Source: Octopus sinensis
Taxonomy: Eukaryota
DNA length: 64,000 nt
Assembly (NCBI RefSeq): GCF_006345805.1
Contig: NC_043009.1
Location: 61,256,001-61,320,000, forward strand
Direction of reading: 5' to 3'
The translations under genes and the position numbers were made by a program. This document shows positions 37,830 through 51,411 of the stretch, piece by piece; position 1 is the stretch's first letter, and every line of letters starts with the position of its first letter. Below the pieces are notes generated by a model. The model was not told where the DNA came from, did no database searches, and was given only the letters and a program-made list of their open reading frames with translations.

Positions 37830-38115
37830 ATATAAATGTATGTGTATTTTTCATTGTGTACAAATAACACAGAAGAAATAAGTAAATAGTTACCAGGGTA
37901 GCAAAAGTTCATATTATAAAAGTGGAAATTCCAGGGCTAAGTGAAATATTTTTGTATAACATAGATAAATTAAGAAATGGAGTCAAACGCAGGTGTTATT
38001 TAAATCTTTATACTTCCGACATATGTTTCGCAGAAAACGTTGATATTATTCCGGAGAATAATATCATGTCGGAAGTTTAAGATTTGAATAACACCTGCAT
38101 TTGACTCCATTTCTT
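37830..38115 (-). mobile_element. Penelope-like fragment with inverted duplication and a hammerhead 3' half
   Basis: Arms 37972-38022 / 38066-38115 are inverted. Minus strand GAAAC-ATAT-GTC-GGAAG at 38013-38029; (TA)n flanks. Confidence 0.6.
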
Positions 38116-38229
38116 TATATATATATATACATATGTATCATCATCATCATCATCATCGTATATATATTAAATATATATATGTTAAATAAATGTGTGTATG
38201 TATGTATATATATATATATATATATATGA

Positions 38230-38751
38230 TCATCATCATCATCATCGTTTAACGTCCGTTCTCCATGCTAGCATGGGTTGGATGGTTCGACCGGGGATCT
38301 GGGAAGCCAGAAGGCTGCACCAGGCTCCAGTCTTATCTGGCAATGTTTCTACAGCTGGATGCCCTTCCTAACGCCAACCACTCTATGAGTGTAGTGGGTG
38401 CTTTTTACGTGCCACCTGCACAGGTGCCAGGCGAGGCTGGCAACGGCCACGGTCGGATTGGTGTATTTTATGTGCCACCGGCACGGAAGCCAGTCGAGGC
38501 GGTGCTGGCATCGGCCACGAGTCGGATAGTGCTTTTTACGTACCACCAGACCAGGGATCCTGGCTGGTTCAATTCGATTTCGATTTCGCTTGCCCCAACA
38601 TGTCTTCGCAAGCAAAGGGGGTTGGCATGGGTGCCTGTCGTACGGTCGGATTGGTGTATTTTACGTGTCACCGGCACGGAAGCCAGTGGAGGCGGCACTG
38701 GCATCGGCCACGAGTCGGATAGTGCTTTTTACGCACCACCAGACCAGGGAT

Positions 38752-38755
<4 letters not shown>
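38230..38755 (-). mobile_element. RTE 3'UTR fragment with an internal tandem duplication
   Basis: (CAT)n-CGTTTAACGTCCG..; 38450-38560 is duplicated at 38642-38752. Confidence 0.85.
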
Positions 38756-38791
<36 letters not shown>

Positions 38792-39022
38792 TGTTTATTT
38801 TTATTTCAATTTATAAAAACAATTTAACATTAAAATGAAGAATTACTCAAAACTTCTTTGTTGAGTACATGTTTATTATACTTCTTTACAAGAAGTTGGG
38901 TAACAGTGACTTCAAAATGTCAGCCTCTTAGCTTTCATTGGACTGTCTAATGAAGAGAAGTAAGCCAAAACTTTGAAGTCCCTGTCACCACCACTCTTTC
39001 TGTAAAAGTATTTTTATATATG

Positions 39023-39358
39023 TGGTGGCACAATGGCCCAGTGGTTAGGGCAGTGGACTCATGGTCGTAGGATCACAGTTTCGATTCCCAGGCCAAGCGT
39101 TGTGAGTGTTTATTGAGCGAAAACACCTAAAAAGCTCCACAGCTCTGGCAGAGGGTAAAGGCGAACCCTGCTCTACTCTTTCACCACAACTTTCACTCTT
39201 TCTTCCTGCTTCTATTGTACCTGTATTTCAAAGGACCAGTCTTGTCACACTGAATCTCCCCAAGAACTACATTAAGGGTACACGTGTCTGTGGAGTGCTC
39301 AGCCACTTGCATGTTAATTTCATTGATTGGATCAACTGGAATCCTCATTGTCGTAACA
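39023..39358 (+). mobile_element. tRNA-derived SINE (same family as 60753-61137)
   Basis: TGGCCCAGTGG A box, GTTTCGATTCC B box, shared body. Confidence 0.85.
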
Positions 39359-40109
39359 TCATCATCATCATCATCATCGTTTAACGTCCGTTTTCCATGC
39401 TAGCATGGGTTGGACGGTTCGACTGGGGTCTGGGAAGCCAGGGGCTGCACCAGGCTCCAGTCTGATCTGGCAGAGTTTCTACAGCTGGATGCCCTTCCTA
39501 ACGCCAACCACTCCGCGATATATATATATATCTATTTCTTTACTACCCACAAGGGGCTAAACACAGAGGGGACAAACAAGGACAGACAAACGGATTAAGT
39601 TGATTACATCGACCCCAGTGCGTAACTGGTACTTAATTTATCAACCCCGAAAGGATGAAAGGCAAAGTTGACCTCAGCGGAATTTGAACCCAGAACGTAA
39701 CGGCAGACGAAATACGGCTATGCATTTCGCCCAGCGTGCTAACGTTTCTGCCAGCTCGCCACCTTTATATATATATATATATCATCATCATCAGCATTTA
39801 ATATCTGTTTTCCATGTCGGCATGTAATAATTATTTCAATAATTATTTTTGCCATGAGGGCAGCTTGGGGGGGGGGGGGGCGGTAGGGATTTGTTGATTA
39901 CATCAACTCCGCTGTTCAACAGGTACTTATTTTGTCAAATTTTATCAACTCCCGAAAAGGATGAAAGGCAAAGTTGGCACAAGGCCAGTAAATTTGGGGA
40001 GGGGATAAGTTGATTAGATCGACTTCAGTACTCAACGGGCACTTATTTTATTGACCCCAGAAGGATGAAAACCAAAGTTGACCACAGTAGAATTTGAACT
40101 CAAAACAAA

Positions 40110-41425
40110 AAGACAGTCAAAATTTTACTTGTGCGGCAGATGCACAGGGGCAATAGACACCACTGATACTCAGAAAACACATTCCATTACACTCCTGGGA
40201 GAGAAACTAGATGTAGTTGATAGTTTCCGCTACCTACGTGACCAAGTTAGTAGTGGGGGTGGATGCTCAGAGAGTGTTACCACTAGAATAAGAATAGCCT
40301 GGGCAAAGTTTAGAAAGCTTCTTCCGCAACTGGGGAAAAAAGGTCTCTCGCTCAGAGTGAAACATAGATTGTACGACGCATGTGTGCAAACTGCCATGCT
40401 TCACAGCAGTGAAACATGGGCTGTGACTGCAGAGGACATGCGTAGACTTGAAAGAAATGAAGCTAGCATGATCCGCTGGATATGTAATGTCAGTGTCCAT
40501 GCACGACAGAGTGTAAGTGCCCTGAGAGAAATGTTGGACATAAGAAACATTGGATGCAGCATGCAGGAGAGACATTTGCGTTGGTATGGTCATGTACTAC
40601 GGATGGATGAGGAGAGATGTGTGAAGAAGTGCCACTCCCAAACTGTTGAAGGAATCCGGGGTAGAGGTAGACCCAGGAAGACATGGGATGAGGTGGTCAA
40701 GCATGACCTTCGTATGTTGGGCCCCACAGAGGCTATGATGAAAGACCGAGACCTCTGGAGATATGCTGTGACTTCGAAAACCCAACAAATGAAGTGAGTT
40801 CATGGCTCACATGATGGCCTGCTGTGCTTGAGGAGACCTATTGTGTAAAGTACATCAATGGATATTGTAGTTATGATAGCCATGCCAGTGGCACGTTGGG
40901 CCTCACAGAGGAAATGACGAAGACCGAGTTATGCTGTGACTGTGAAGACCTGACAAAGGAAGTGAGTTCATGGCTTGAAGGATGGCCTACTGTGCTAACC
41001 TTGGATCATAGAGTGACCCACTGTTCTTGAGGAGACCTATTGAGTCAAGTACGTTAACACCAACATCAAAATAAATATCAAATGGAAATTGTAGTTAAGA
41101 TACCAGTGCTGGTGGCACATAAAAAGCACCGTCTGAATGTGGTTGATGCCAGCGCTGCTTGACTGGCGTCCGTGTCAGTGACATGTAAAAAGCACCAACT
41201 AATCATGGCCGTTCGCCAGCCTGGTCTGGCTCCTGTGCCGGTGGCATGTAAAAAGCACCCACTACACTCACAGAGTGGTTGGTGTTAGGAAGGGCATCCA
41301 GCTGTAGAAACACTGCCAGATCAGACTGGTGCCTGGCACAGCCTCCTGGCTTCCCAGACCCCGGTCAAACCGTCCAACCCATGCTAGCATGGAAAACAGA
41401 CGTTAAACGATGATGATGATGACGA
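40110..41425 (+). mobile_element. RTE LINE 3' portion (ORF 40078..40797 plus 3'UTR)
   Basis: CGRC, LDVVDSFRYL, RIRIAWAKF, SETW, LRWYGHV, RGRPRKTW; UTR ends in (GAT)n at ~41425. Confidence 0.9.
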
Positions 41426-41429
41426 TTTT

Positions 41430-41714
41430 ACCCAGCATGCAAATGATGCTGCTTGCTTGCCACCTCAATAATAATAATAATAATCCTTTCTACTAAAGGC
41501 ACAAGGCCTGAAATTTTGTGGGGAGGGGACTAGTCGATTACATTGACCCCAGTGTTTCACTGGTACTTAATTTATTGACCCCAAAACGATGAAAGGAAAA
41601 GATGACCTTGATGGAATTTGAACTCAGAATGTAGCGGCAGGCAAAATACCGCTATTCATTTTATCCAACATGCTAACGATTCTACGAGCTCACCACCTTA
41701 ATAATAATAATGAC

Positions 41715-41765
<51 letters not shown>

Positions 41766-42442
41766 TCTCTTTTCTCTTTACTCTCTTTTACTTGTTTCAG
41801 TCATTTGACTACGGCCATGCTGGAGCACCGCCTTTAGTCGAGCTAATCGACCCCAGGACTCATTCTTTGTAAGCCTAGTACTTATTCTATCGGGCTCTTT
41901 TGCTGAACCGCTAAGTTATGGGGACATAAACACACCACCATCGGTTGTCAAGCGATGGTGGGGGGACAGGCAAACACAGACACACAAACATATACACACA
42001 TACATATATATATATATACATACATATATATGACAGGCTTCTTTCAGTTTCTGTCCACCAAATCCACTCACAAGGCTTTGGTCAGCCCAAGGCTATAGTA
42101 GAAGACACTTGCCCAAAGTGCCATGCAGTGGGAATGAACCCACAACCATGTGGTTGGTAAGCAAGCTACTTACCACACAGCCACTCCTCCACCTATTTTA
42201 ATAATAATGATAATAATAATCCTTTCTACTATAGGTGCAAGGCCTGAGATCTTTGAAGAGAGGGGCGTTTAGTTGATTACATCAACCCCAATACTCAACT
42301 GGTACTTATTTTATCGACCCCAAAAAGATGAAAGGTAAAGTTGACCTCAGTGGAATTTGAACTCAGAACATAAAGGCACAAAGAATTGCTGCTGAGTGTT
42401 TTGTCCAGTTTGCTCCTGATTTTGCCAGCTCACCACCTTTCC

Positions 42443-42475
<33 letters not shown>

Positions 42476-42689
42476 CCTTTTTTATTATAGGCAAAAAGCC
42501 TGAAATTTGTGGGGAGAGTGAACAGTCGATTACATTGACCCCAGTGCTTAACTGGTACTTCTTTCATCGACCCTGAGGGGATGAAAGACATAGTTGACCC
42601 TGGGGGAATTTGAACTCTGAATGCAGAGACAGATGAAATGCTACTAAGAATCTTACCCAGTACACTAACAGTTCTGCCAGCTCGCCGGC

Positions 42690-42725
<36 letters not shown>

Positions 42726-42981
42726 TAATAATAATAATAATAATAAGAAGAAGAAGAAGAAGAAGAATCATTTTTACTGGAAGCACAAGGGCTCACATTT
42801 GGGGGAGGGGGATAATTGATTACACTGACCCCAGTGTTTCACTGGTACTTAATTTATCAACCCCCGAAAGGATGAAAGGTAAAGTTTGACCTCAATGGAA
42901 TTTGAACTCAGAACATAGCGACTGGTGGAATACCACTAGGCATTTCATCCAGCGTGCTAACAATTCTGCCAGCTCACTGCC

Positions 42982-43022
<41 letters not shown>

Positions 43023-43034
43023 TAATACTACTAC

Positions 43035-43075
<41 letters not shown>

Positions 43076-43545
43076 GTGTGTAAAGTTTTGGCACAAGGTC
43101 AACAATTTTAGAAAGGGGTTAGTTAATTATATCAATTTCAATGCTCAATTGGTACTCATTTCATTTACCCCCCTATCCTCACCTTCCCCAAAAAAAGGGG
43201 ATGAAAAGCTAAGTTGACCTCAGCAGGATTTGAACTCGAAACATAAAAAGCCAAAAGAAATGTTGCTAGGCATTTTTTCTGTCCTACGCGCTAATAATTC
43301 TTCCTTAAAGGTCTTCAAATTTTGGCACATGGCTAACGGGTTTTAGAGAGAAGGGGGTTAATCAATTACACCAACGCCAGTAGGTGGGGGGGGTGCTGTT
43401 ATAATTAGTTTATCGTCCCTGAAAGGACGAAAGGCAAATGTCGACTTCAGTAGGATTTGAAACTTAGAAATGTTAAGAGCTGGAAAAATTGTTGCCAAGC
43501 ATTTTGTTAGATGCTCTAACGATTCTACCAGTTCACCACCTTAGT
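41430..43545 (-). mobile_element. Array of ~6-7 same-orientation Nin-domain SINEs separated by (AAT)n, with one CORE SINE (41765-42195)
   Basis: Copies at ~41483-41700, 42220-42438, 42475-42690, 42770-42983, 43085-43300, 43315-43543; each has GAAAGGATGAAAGG(C)AAAGT..GACC..GGAATTTGAACTCAGAA. Confidence 0.85.
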
Positions 43546-43838
43546 AATAAACATAATAATAATAATAATAAAATAATAATGATAATAATAATAATGATAA
43601 TAATAATAATGATAATAATAATAATAATGATAATGATGGTTAACTTTGTTGCCACGAGACCAATAGATGAAGGATATAATAATATAATATGTTGTCCTTG
43701 ATTTGGTAAAAATAAGTTTGATTGAAAAATTTGGAAGTAGATTGTTGAGATTTAAATGAATGCATAGATAGACAGATATGTGTATATATGCATAGATATG
43801 CATGTACATATACATAGATATGTGTGTATGTATATATA

Positions 43839-43922
<84 letters not shown>

Positions 43923-43999
43923 TGGATGGATGGATACATATTATTTGTATATTATGTATGTAAGATGTAGTTATATAGAAAGATAAATATATATTGCAT

Positions 44000-44045
<46 letters not shown>

Positions 44046-44149
44046 AAATTGTTTATATATTATATATGTGAGATGTATTTATATATATTTATATGTATTT
44101 GTGTGTATGTGTGAATACATATATATAGACAAATATATATATATATGAG

Positions 44150-44185
<36 letters not shown>

Positions 44186-44439
44186 TGTGTGATGTGTGTG
44201 TGCATGTGTGTGTGTGTGTGTGTGTGTTTGTGTGTGTGACTTTAGAAAGAGAGAGACTGACTGACAAAGTCAAATCGGCAAATAAACGAAAGGACACGGA
44301 CCCCTGAATATCAGGACCATAAAGAGAGAAAAGGGGGAAATCTGAATAAGGGGACATAAGAGGAGGCACAGAGATGGAATAAACGACAAAGGGAAATATA
44401 TATATAAAAAAAAAAAATACGACAAAGAAAGAGAGAGAT

Positions 44440-45500
44440 GAAGAATGCGAGTACCTACCCATTGTTGGTGTCGTCTAAACTCTGTTGATGTTGGTTGTTC
44501 TGTTTGTTGGAGGGGGCTGACGAAAAAATTGGCACCTTCGACTGAGAGCGGCTCTCTTTACGAGCACGTGTTGAAGCGGCTACAGTGGTGGACAGACTCA
44601 TTTTGGATCACAGCACAGCAAGGAAACTTCGCAAACGGAGTTCGTTTTCACAGCACAGCACAGCAGCAGACGACGACTTTCTTCCTCCACTACTTTTTTT
44701 TTTTACCTACTTTCTTGGTTCTGTGGTGGTATCGTGTCGTGTTGATGATGATGGTGATGGTGATAAACAGAAAGAAAGTGTGCTGGTGGTGGTAGTAGTT
44801 TGCTAGCTACTTGGTGGTGGTCGTGGTGATGTGGTGATGATGATGGAGGTGGTAGTAGTTGTGGTGGTGGTAGTAGTGGCTCGACTCTTGTGGTTCGAGT
44901 AGTAGTATAACGGCAACGGTGACAAAATGAAATGTGGAAGGAAGACGGTTCTGAGGGTTGACTACACCCGAGTCTACAAGAATCAAACTGTGTAGCGGTG
45001 TTTATATTTAGTTGAATGTGTATAACTATCACTTTCTTTCTGTGAGTGGGTGTGTGTTTTTCCTCTCTTTCAGTGCTTGATAATATTTCTACGTTAAAAA
45101 CTAATTATAAATACATCGACGAACGTGCGCGATTTAATTTCTGATAGACACACACATATACATATATATATCTATATATATATATATATATATATGCACA
45201 CGCACGCCTATTAACGTGTATGTACAGGTGTGATTTTGTATACGCGGATAAACGCACGCGTATACCTGTGTGTGTACCTGTGTGTGTGTGTGTGGTTTCT
45301 ATGTAATAAGTACGGTTCTATACACGTGTGTGTCTGTTATGTGCTAGTGTGCCAAGTATGGAGTACCACTTGTTGCTAGAGATGTGTCGATCCAAGTAGG
45401 TTGAGATCCATGTTCAAAGCAGTGACGCCGTTTCTCTGACGTGAAATCTCTGTTATTCCAACGTGTTGTAGTCTCCAACTCTCTTTTACCATTCCACTTG
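44440..45500. promoter_or_regulatory. CpG-enriched, transposon-free segment; candidate promoter or first exon
   Basis: Clear local excess of CG dinucleotides over the window background; no TE fragments; possible donor CT|GTGAGT at ~45042. Confidence 0.4.
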
Positions 45501-46215
45501 ATCAATTCTAATTTCTCTTACACTACTTTTTCAATTACCAATTACCGTTTGTAAACAATCTTCTCAGCACTGGTTTTTCTACACAGTTTGTCTATGAGAA
45601 TAGACTGATAGAGAGAGAGAGAGAGGAAGGAGAGACGGAGAGAGAGAGAGAAAGAGAAACAAAAAACGAGAGAGAGAGAGAGAGAAAGTGAGAAAGAGAG
45701 AGAGGAGATGCTCAAAGACTTTATTTATTCCTAAATTTAATCAAAAGGTGTATATACTAACATCCACACTCCATGGTGAATACTTTTATTAAATCCAGTA
45801 CCCACTTGTTGCAGTTTCTGTTTTGATTTTTTGTTGTTGTTAAATATATTTGCGTGCCTACATGTGTGTGTGTGTGTGTGTCCCCCCGTTCTGTGGCTAT
45901 TTCTCCTGTGTCTTCTTTAGGAGATCCTTATTAACTTTGATAACGTTCACGGGAATTACTTTTTTTTTTCCCCAATTTATCTTTAATGACAACGACGACG
46001 ACGACGACGATGACGACGATAACGGTACTGTTATGATAATGATGCTGATGATGGTGATGATTTAAATATATATTCTTCGAGTCGAAGAGGGATTCCTTCT
46101 TGCCAAGGAATTCTTCTTTTTTTTTTTCAAATATTGATAATGCTGTCAATCCAAGTTGCCGAATATCGAAATACTCACAAAGCATGCATACATGCGTGCG
46201 TGTGTTTATATCTAC

Positions 46216-46285
<70 letters not shown>

Positions 46286-47149
46286 TTAGAGGTATATGGG
46301 TTTTGTGCGTGTTTATTTGGCAACAGTTTAGAGCGAAAGTGTACGGAGAAAGGTGACACGTTCCGTGGTGTCAAGCGCTTTTTTGGAGGTCCTCCCTGGC
46401 TTAAGGTGACACTGTTACGTCTGTGTGGTGAATGTCGAATGTGGAATTGAGAGGAAACAATGATGACAAGATATAAAGATTAAAAAAAAAGATGATATAA
46501 CCAACGAGGAGTACAGTAGTTCAATGTGCAAGAAGGATAATAATAATAATAGTTGTAATTATTATTATTATTAGTGTTGTTGGTGTTATTGTCCGAGTGG
46601 TTATGGAGTGGTGTTGAGTATTGCAATGTGACGTAGTTTAAGGTTTGTGTTGAATGGATTAGGGTATTTATGAGTGGTGCGGAAGTAGGGACAGGAGATT
46701 AAGGGAATCGATAGTGGTGGTGATGGTAGTGGTGGTGGTGGTGGTGGTGTGCTGGTGTTGGTTGTAGTACGGCAGTGGTGATTGCGTGGTGGTGGTGGTA
46801 CTGTTATTATTGTTGTTGAGGTTTTTGGAGTGTGTGGTAACGTCGGTCAGGGTGGTATGATGCTGACGTAGTATAGTATAGTATAATAAGCGTGGAGTAG
46901 TAAAAGTGGTGAGGTTGAGAGTTCAGTAGTAGTAGTAGTAGTAGTTGCTGTTGCGGTAGTAGTACTTGTTAGTTTGCTGCTGCTGTTGTAGTTGTTGTTG
47001 TTGTTACGGTGGTAGTGGTGGTGGTGGTGGTGGTGATGATAGTGGTTTCCTTGCCTGTACTGAAAAGGTACGCGTCTCCCGCCACAGCTCCGCCAAAAGA
47101 TCTGCGCTTCGTCTGTGACGACAACAGATCGCGCTCTGGCTACAGACAA

Positions 47150-48340
47150 ACGTGGGGAGAAAGAGGTGTTGGTGGGGAGAGAGAAAAACGAAAGACTGAG
47201 GTAGTGAGAGACAGAGAGAGAGAGTGTGTTGTGTAGGAGGGAGAGAGAGAAATGTGTATTAGAGAAAGATAGGGAGGACGGGGGAGAGAGAGAGAGAAAA
47301 GGGCAAAAGTAGATATGAGAGTGAAAGTGATAGATACAGAGGGGTGAGAGAGAAATAGTGGTAGAAATAGAGTGAGGGAGAGAAAGAAATAGAGAAAAAT
47401 GAGGGATACTGAGACAGAGAAGGAGAGAGAGAAAGAGAGATGTCGAGAGAAAGAGAGATGTCGAGAGAAAGAGAGATGTCGAGAGGAGAGAGAGAAAGAC
47501 ACCGAGGGAAATACCGAGAAGAGAGAGAGAAACAGGGATACCGGGAGACAGGGTAAGAGAAAAAATAGATATCGAGAGGAGAGAGAAAGAAAGGCACCGA
47601 GAGGAAGAAAGAGGGACAAAGAGGAGAAAGAGAGATGCTGAGAGGGGGAGAGACAAAGAAAAAGAGAGAAAGAAGGATTGTGTTGTATGATAATATAGAG
47701 AGAGACAAAAGAAAAAGAGGGAGTGAAGGAAGTAAAGGTGAAAGGAATAGACACAGTGGATCATTCGATGCAGAGAGTAAGGAGAGAAAGAGAGAATGGT
47801 TAGAGAGAGAGGGGGAGAAAGAGAAAGAGAAACAAAAGAAGAGTGGGTGAGAAGAAAGACAAAGAGAAAATAGGAAAGATCCTTTTTTGTGGAGAGAGAT
47901 AAAGTGTGTGAGGGGGAGGAATGAAAAAAAAGAAAGATTCAAGGAGAGATTCAAGGAAAAACCTAGGAAAAATAGAGAGTGGTAGTATAAAAAAGGAAGG
48001 AAATATTAAGAGAGACAAAAATGAAGAAAAGGGGAAGAAAATATACTATAAGCAGTAGTCTACTGCAAAGAGAGATAGATAGATAGATAGATGAATAGAG
48101 AGAGAAGGGCAGAAAGAAAGTGAACGATTTACAGTCGTCTGCTGATTGCAGGGAGAGAGGGGGGGAGAAGGGTCAGTTATCGGTCGTCTGCTACTGAAGG
48201 AGAGAGACTTTGGGGGTGGGGGAGAGAGAGGCAGACAGATAGACAAAGAGAAAAGAAAGAGAAAGGCAGAAAGGTAATAGAGAAGGAGATAGAAGGAGAC
48301 AGAATGGTGAAGGATATGGAAGAGAAAGACAGAGAGATGT
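47150..48340. repeat. GA-rich low-complexity purine tract
   Basis: Near-pure purine plus strand; accounts for the S/L/F-rich minus ORFs. Confidence 0.9.
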
Positions 48341-48535
48341 TCTACAGTTGTCTGCTATGAAGAAACACATCCATACTCTTTCTCTTCTTCCTTTCCTTTC
48401 TTCTTTTTCAGTTTCCTTCTCTCTCTTTCATTCTTTTATGCTTTTCTCTTTCACTTCTTCCCATTGTCTCCATCACATAATATTCTCTCTCTCTCTCTCT
48501 CTCTCTCTCAAATATCTTTCTTTCCCATGTATGTG

Positions 48536-48582
<47 letters not shown>

Positions 48583-48749
48583 ATCTATCTATCTATCTAT
48601 CTATCTATTTGTCTATCTATCAATCTATCCATCTATCTATCTTTCTGTCTATTTGTCTATCTATCAATCTATCCATCTATCTATCTTTCTGTCTATTATG
48701 TATCATTTATAAATTGATGCAATTAGATGGAAATCTTGAAGAATTATGG

Positions 48750-50230
48750 GTCAGTATAGTATGGGAACACACAGGGAGAGTGTAAAATAAGAATACATGG
48801 GGGTTGTTGCACAGGGATAGTACAAGTGGGAAGCGTAGTATGGGAGAGCACATGAGGGAAGATAGTAGGAATAGATGGGAGGAAATTCTTTTAGAGGTGG
48901 TATAGTGTGATAATACATAGGAAGGAAGGATAGTATAGCATCATTAGGGTGGTGGGAAAGAGGGGTAGTTTGGCTCAGGCAATGCTTATATGGGAACAGA
49001 ACCTTTTTGGGTCTGCTGAATAAGCCTATATAGGTGTGGGGGTCATGGAAGGGTGCAATCTCAAGGGCTGCCCCAGGCGGCACACACTCAAGTATAGGTT
49101 TGGCAGAAACGTTAGCACACCGGGCGAAATGCTTAGTGGTATTTCGTCTGCTGCTACGTTCTGAGTTCAAATTCCGCCGAAGTCGACTTTGCCATTCATC
49201 CTTTCGGGGTCGTTTAAATAAGTACCAGTTACGCACTGGAATCGATATAATCGACTTAATCCGTTTCTCTGTCCTTGTTTGTCCTCTCTGTGTTTAGCCC
49301 CTTGTGGGTAGTAAAGAAATAGGTATTTCGTCTGCCGTTACGTTCTGAGTTCAAATTCCGCCAAGGTGGACTTTGCCTTTCATCCTTTCAGGATCGTTTA
49401 AATAAGTACCAGTTACGCACTGGGGTCGATATAATCGACTTAATCCATTTGTCTGTCCTTGTTTACCCCCTCTGTGTTTAGCCCCTTGTGGGTAGTAAAG
49501 AAATAGGTTTACATGAAAGAGAAGTGTGGTATGGGATTAAATGGGAGGGCAGCGCAATGTGGGGAATACATTGGAAAGGAGTGTTGTGTGGGGATACGTG
49601 GGAGGGGAGGGTAATATGGGAACACATGGGAAGGGACAGGAACGTAGTGTGGGAATACATGGGAAGGAAAGGGAAGTGTGGGAAACATGTGGAAGGAAAA
49701 TGAGTAGTGTGGGAATATATGGGAAGGGAATGAGAATGTGGGAATACATGGAAAAGGAGTGTAGTGTAGGAATACATGGGGAAGGAGAGTAGTGTGGGAA
49801 TATGTGGAAAGGGGGAGGGGGAATGTGTAGGATGGTAATACATAAGAGGGATGTTTAGTGTGGGAAATGTGGGAGGGCAATGAATGTGGCAATACAAGGG
49901 ACAGGAATGTTATGTGGGGATATATCCTTTTCTACTCTAGGCACAAGGCCCGAAATTTTAGCGGAGGAGACCAGTCGATTAGATCGACCCCTGTACGCAA
50001 CTGTTACTTAATTTATCGACCCTGAAAGGATGAAAGGCAAAGTCGACCTCGGCGGAATTTGAACTTCAGAATGCAGCGGCAGACAAAATACCGCTAAGAA
50101 TTTCACCCATGTGAGTATACATGGAAGTGTGGGTACACATGGAAAGGATGTATAGCATAGAATAAGGGAAATATATATGACAAAGGAATGTAGTGTAGGA
50201 TTGATTACAAGAGGGAAATGGAGTGTAGGA
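48750..50230. repeat. Degenerate ~30-bp satellite (GTAGTGTGGGAATACATGGGAAGG-like), interrupted by Nin-SINEs (49101-49506 tandem pair; 49925-50105)
   Basis: Recurrent GTGTGGGAA(T)ACATGG motif. Confidence 0.75.
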
Positions 50231-50760
50231 ATTTTTTTTGTTATTTAATCATGGAGGAAAGGGCAGTACCAATATTGCTTTTTTTCTTTTCAAGACCTCT
50301 GTAACTGGTGGGAGAAAAAGGAGGAAATTGTTCTTAAACTGGAAATATGACACAAATGCTTACAAAGGAGTTAAACTTTGCTAAAGATATTCAAGGACCA
50401 AACAGCAGTGTTAAACTGAGGGGTAGATTTAGGCTATGAACCAAGAACTCAGAATATGAACATCTGGAATAAATACACAAGACACCTCCTTTGACACTCT
50501 AACTCTTTGGCCAGTGAACCCAGGGATGTTTTAATATTTATAGGACCCCTAGCAAAGTTATGCACCAGGACCTATGCTGTTTAAGCCCTTTTCTCCCTTT
50601 GGATCAGAGACCATCTACAACTTTTCTACCCTGTTTTTGACTCTGAGTCAGTGCTGGATTAACCATTAAGTAAAATAAGCATGTGCCTAGGGTATCAAGG
50701 GAAGTAGAGCAGCACAGAATTGGTAATTGGCACAAAGAAGCCATTTTAAACTTGCTAAAA

Positions 50761-51144
50761 TCTCTCTATATATAAAGCTGAAGTTGTCTGTGTGTGGCAG
50801 GTTTGGTAGCCTTCAACTAACACTATCTCCTCCGAGACCCTGCAGCACAAGTTGACCAAAATTGAGAGTATGATAGAAGGCTTACTCTTCCTTCTGTAGA
50901 AGAAAAAATTCAAATCGGACCATGTTAACACCAAAAATTATTTACATAAAAAAAGGTACTTTTTTCTATGAAATCCCTATTTTTTATGATTTTTTTACTG
51001 CTGTGTCGCCATTTTTCAGTGTATTTCAACCAGAAAAATGTTCGCTTAAGGAGAATAACAAGCTACATAATGCAAAATTTTTACTTTTCAAAAATTCCAA
51101 TTCTAAAGGGTCAAAACAAATCCGAGCAACGCCGGGTGATACTG
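50761..51144 (+). mobile_element. Non-autonomous Helitron, 3' CTAG missing
   Basis: A|TCTCTCTATATATAAAGCTGAAG 5' end; subterminal GC-rich hairpin CCGAGCAACGCCGG at 51122-51135. Confidence 0.65.
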
Positions 51145-51192
51145 ATCATAAGGTTATAGTTTCGATTCCTGGACTGGGCGACACATTCATAT

Positions 51193-51411
51193 GGCATAGA
51201 ATATTTTCACCTCAATAGACGTCATTGATTGGTTGAAATTGCAGAAATTGAAGAAAAGAAACAACAAATATCTTACAAATTATAGAATTTTCTCAATAAA
51301 GCCAAGAGAAAAAGATGTTTTATAAACACATTCTACCAGTATACGAAGTTTAAAAGTGTTTAGTTATGTGGAAATTATTTTAAAAAACTGCCGGTCAAAC
51401 CGAAATGATCC
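51193..51411. mobile_element. Probable DNA-transposon terminal fragment
   Basis: Distinct block ending in CTGCCGGTCAAACCGAAATGATCC; second TIR not found. Confidence 0.35.

Noticed and set aside
46847-47954. Long minus-strand ORFs (305, 204 and 231 aa)
   Set aside because: Stop-free only because the strand is CT-rich low complexity; no domain signal.
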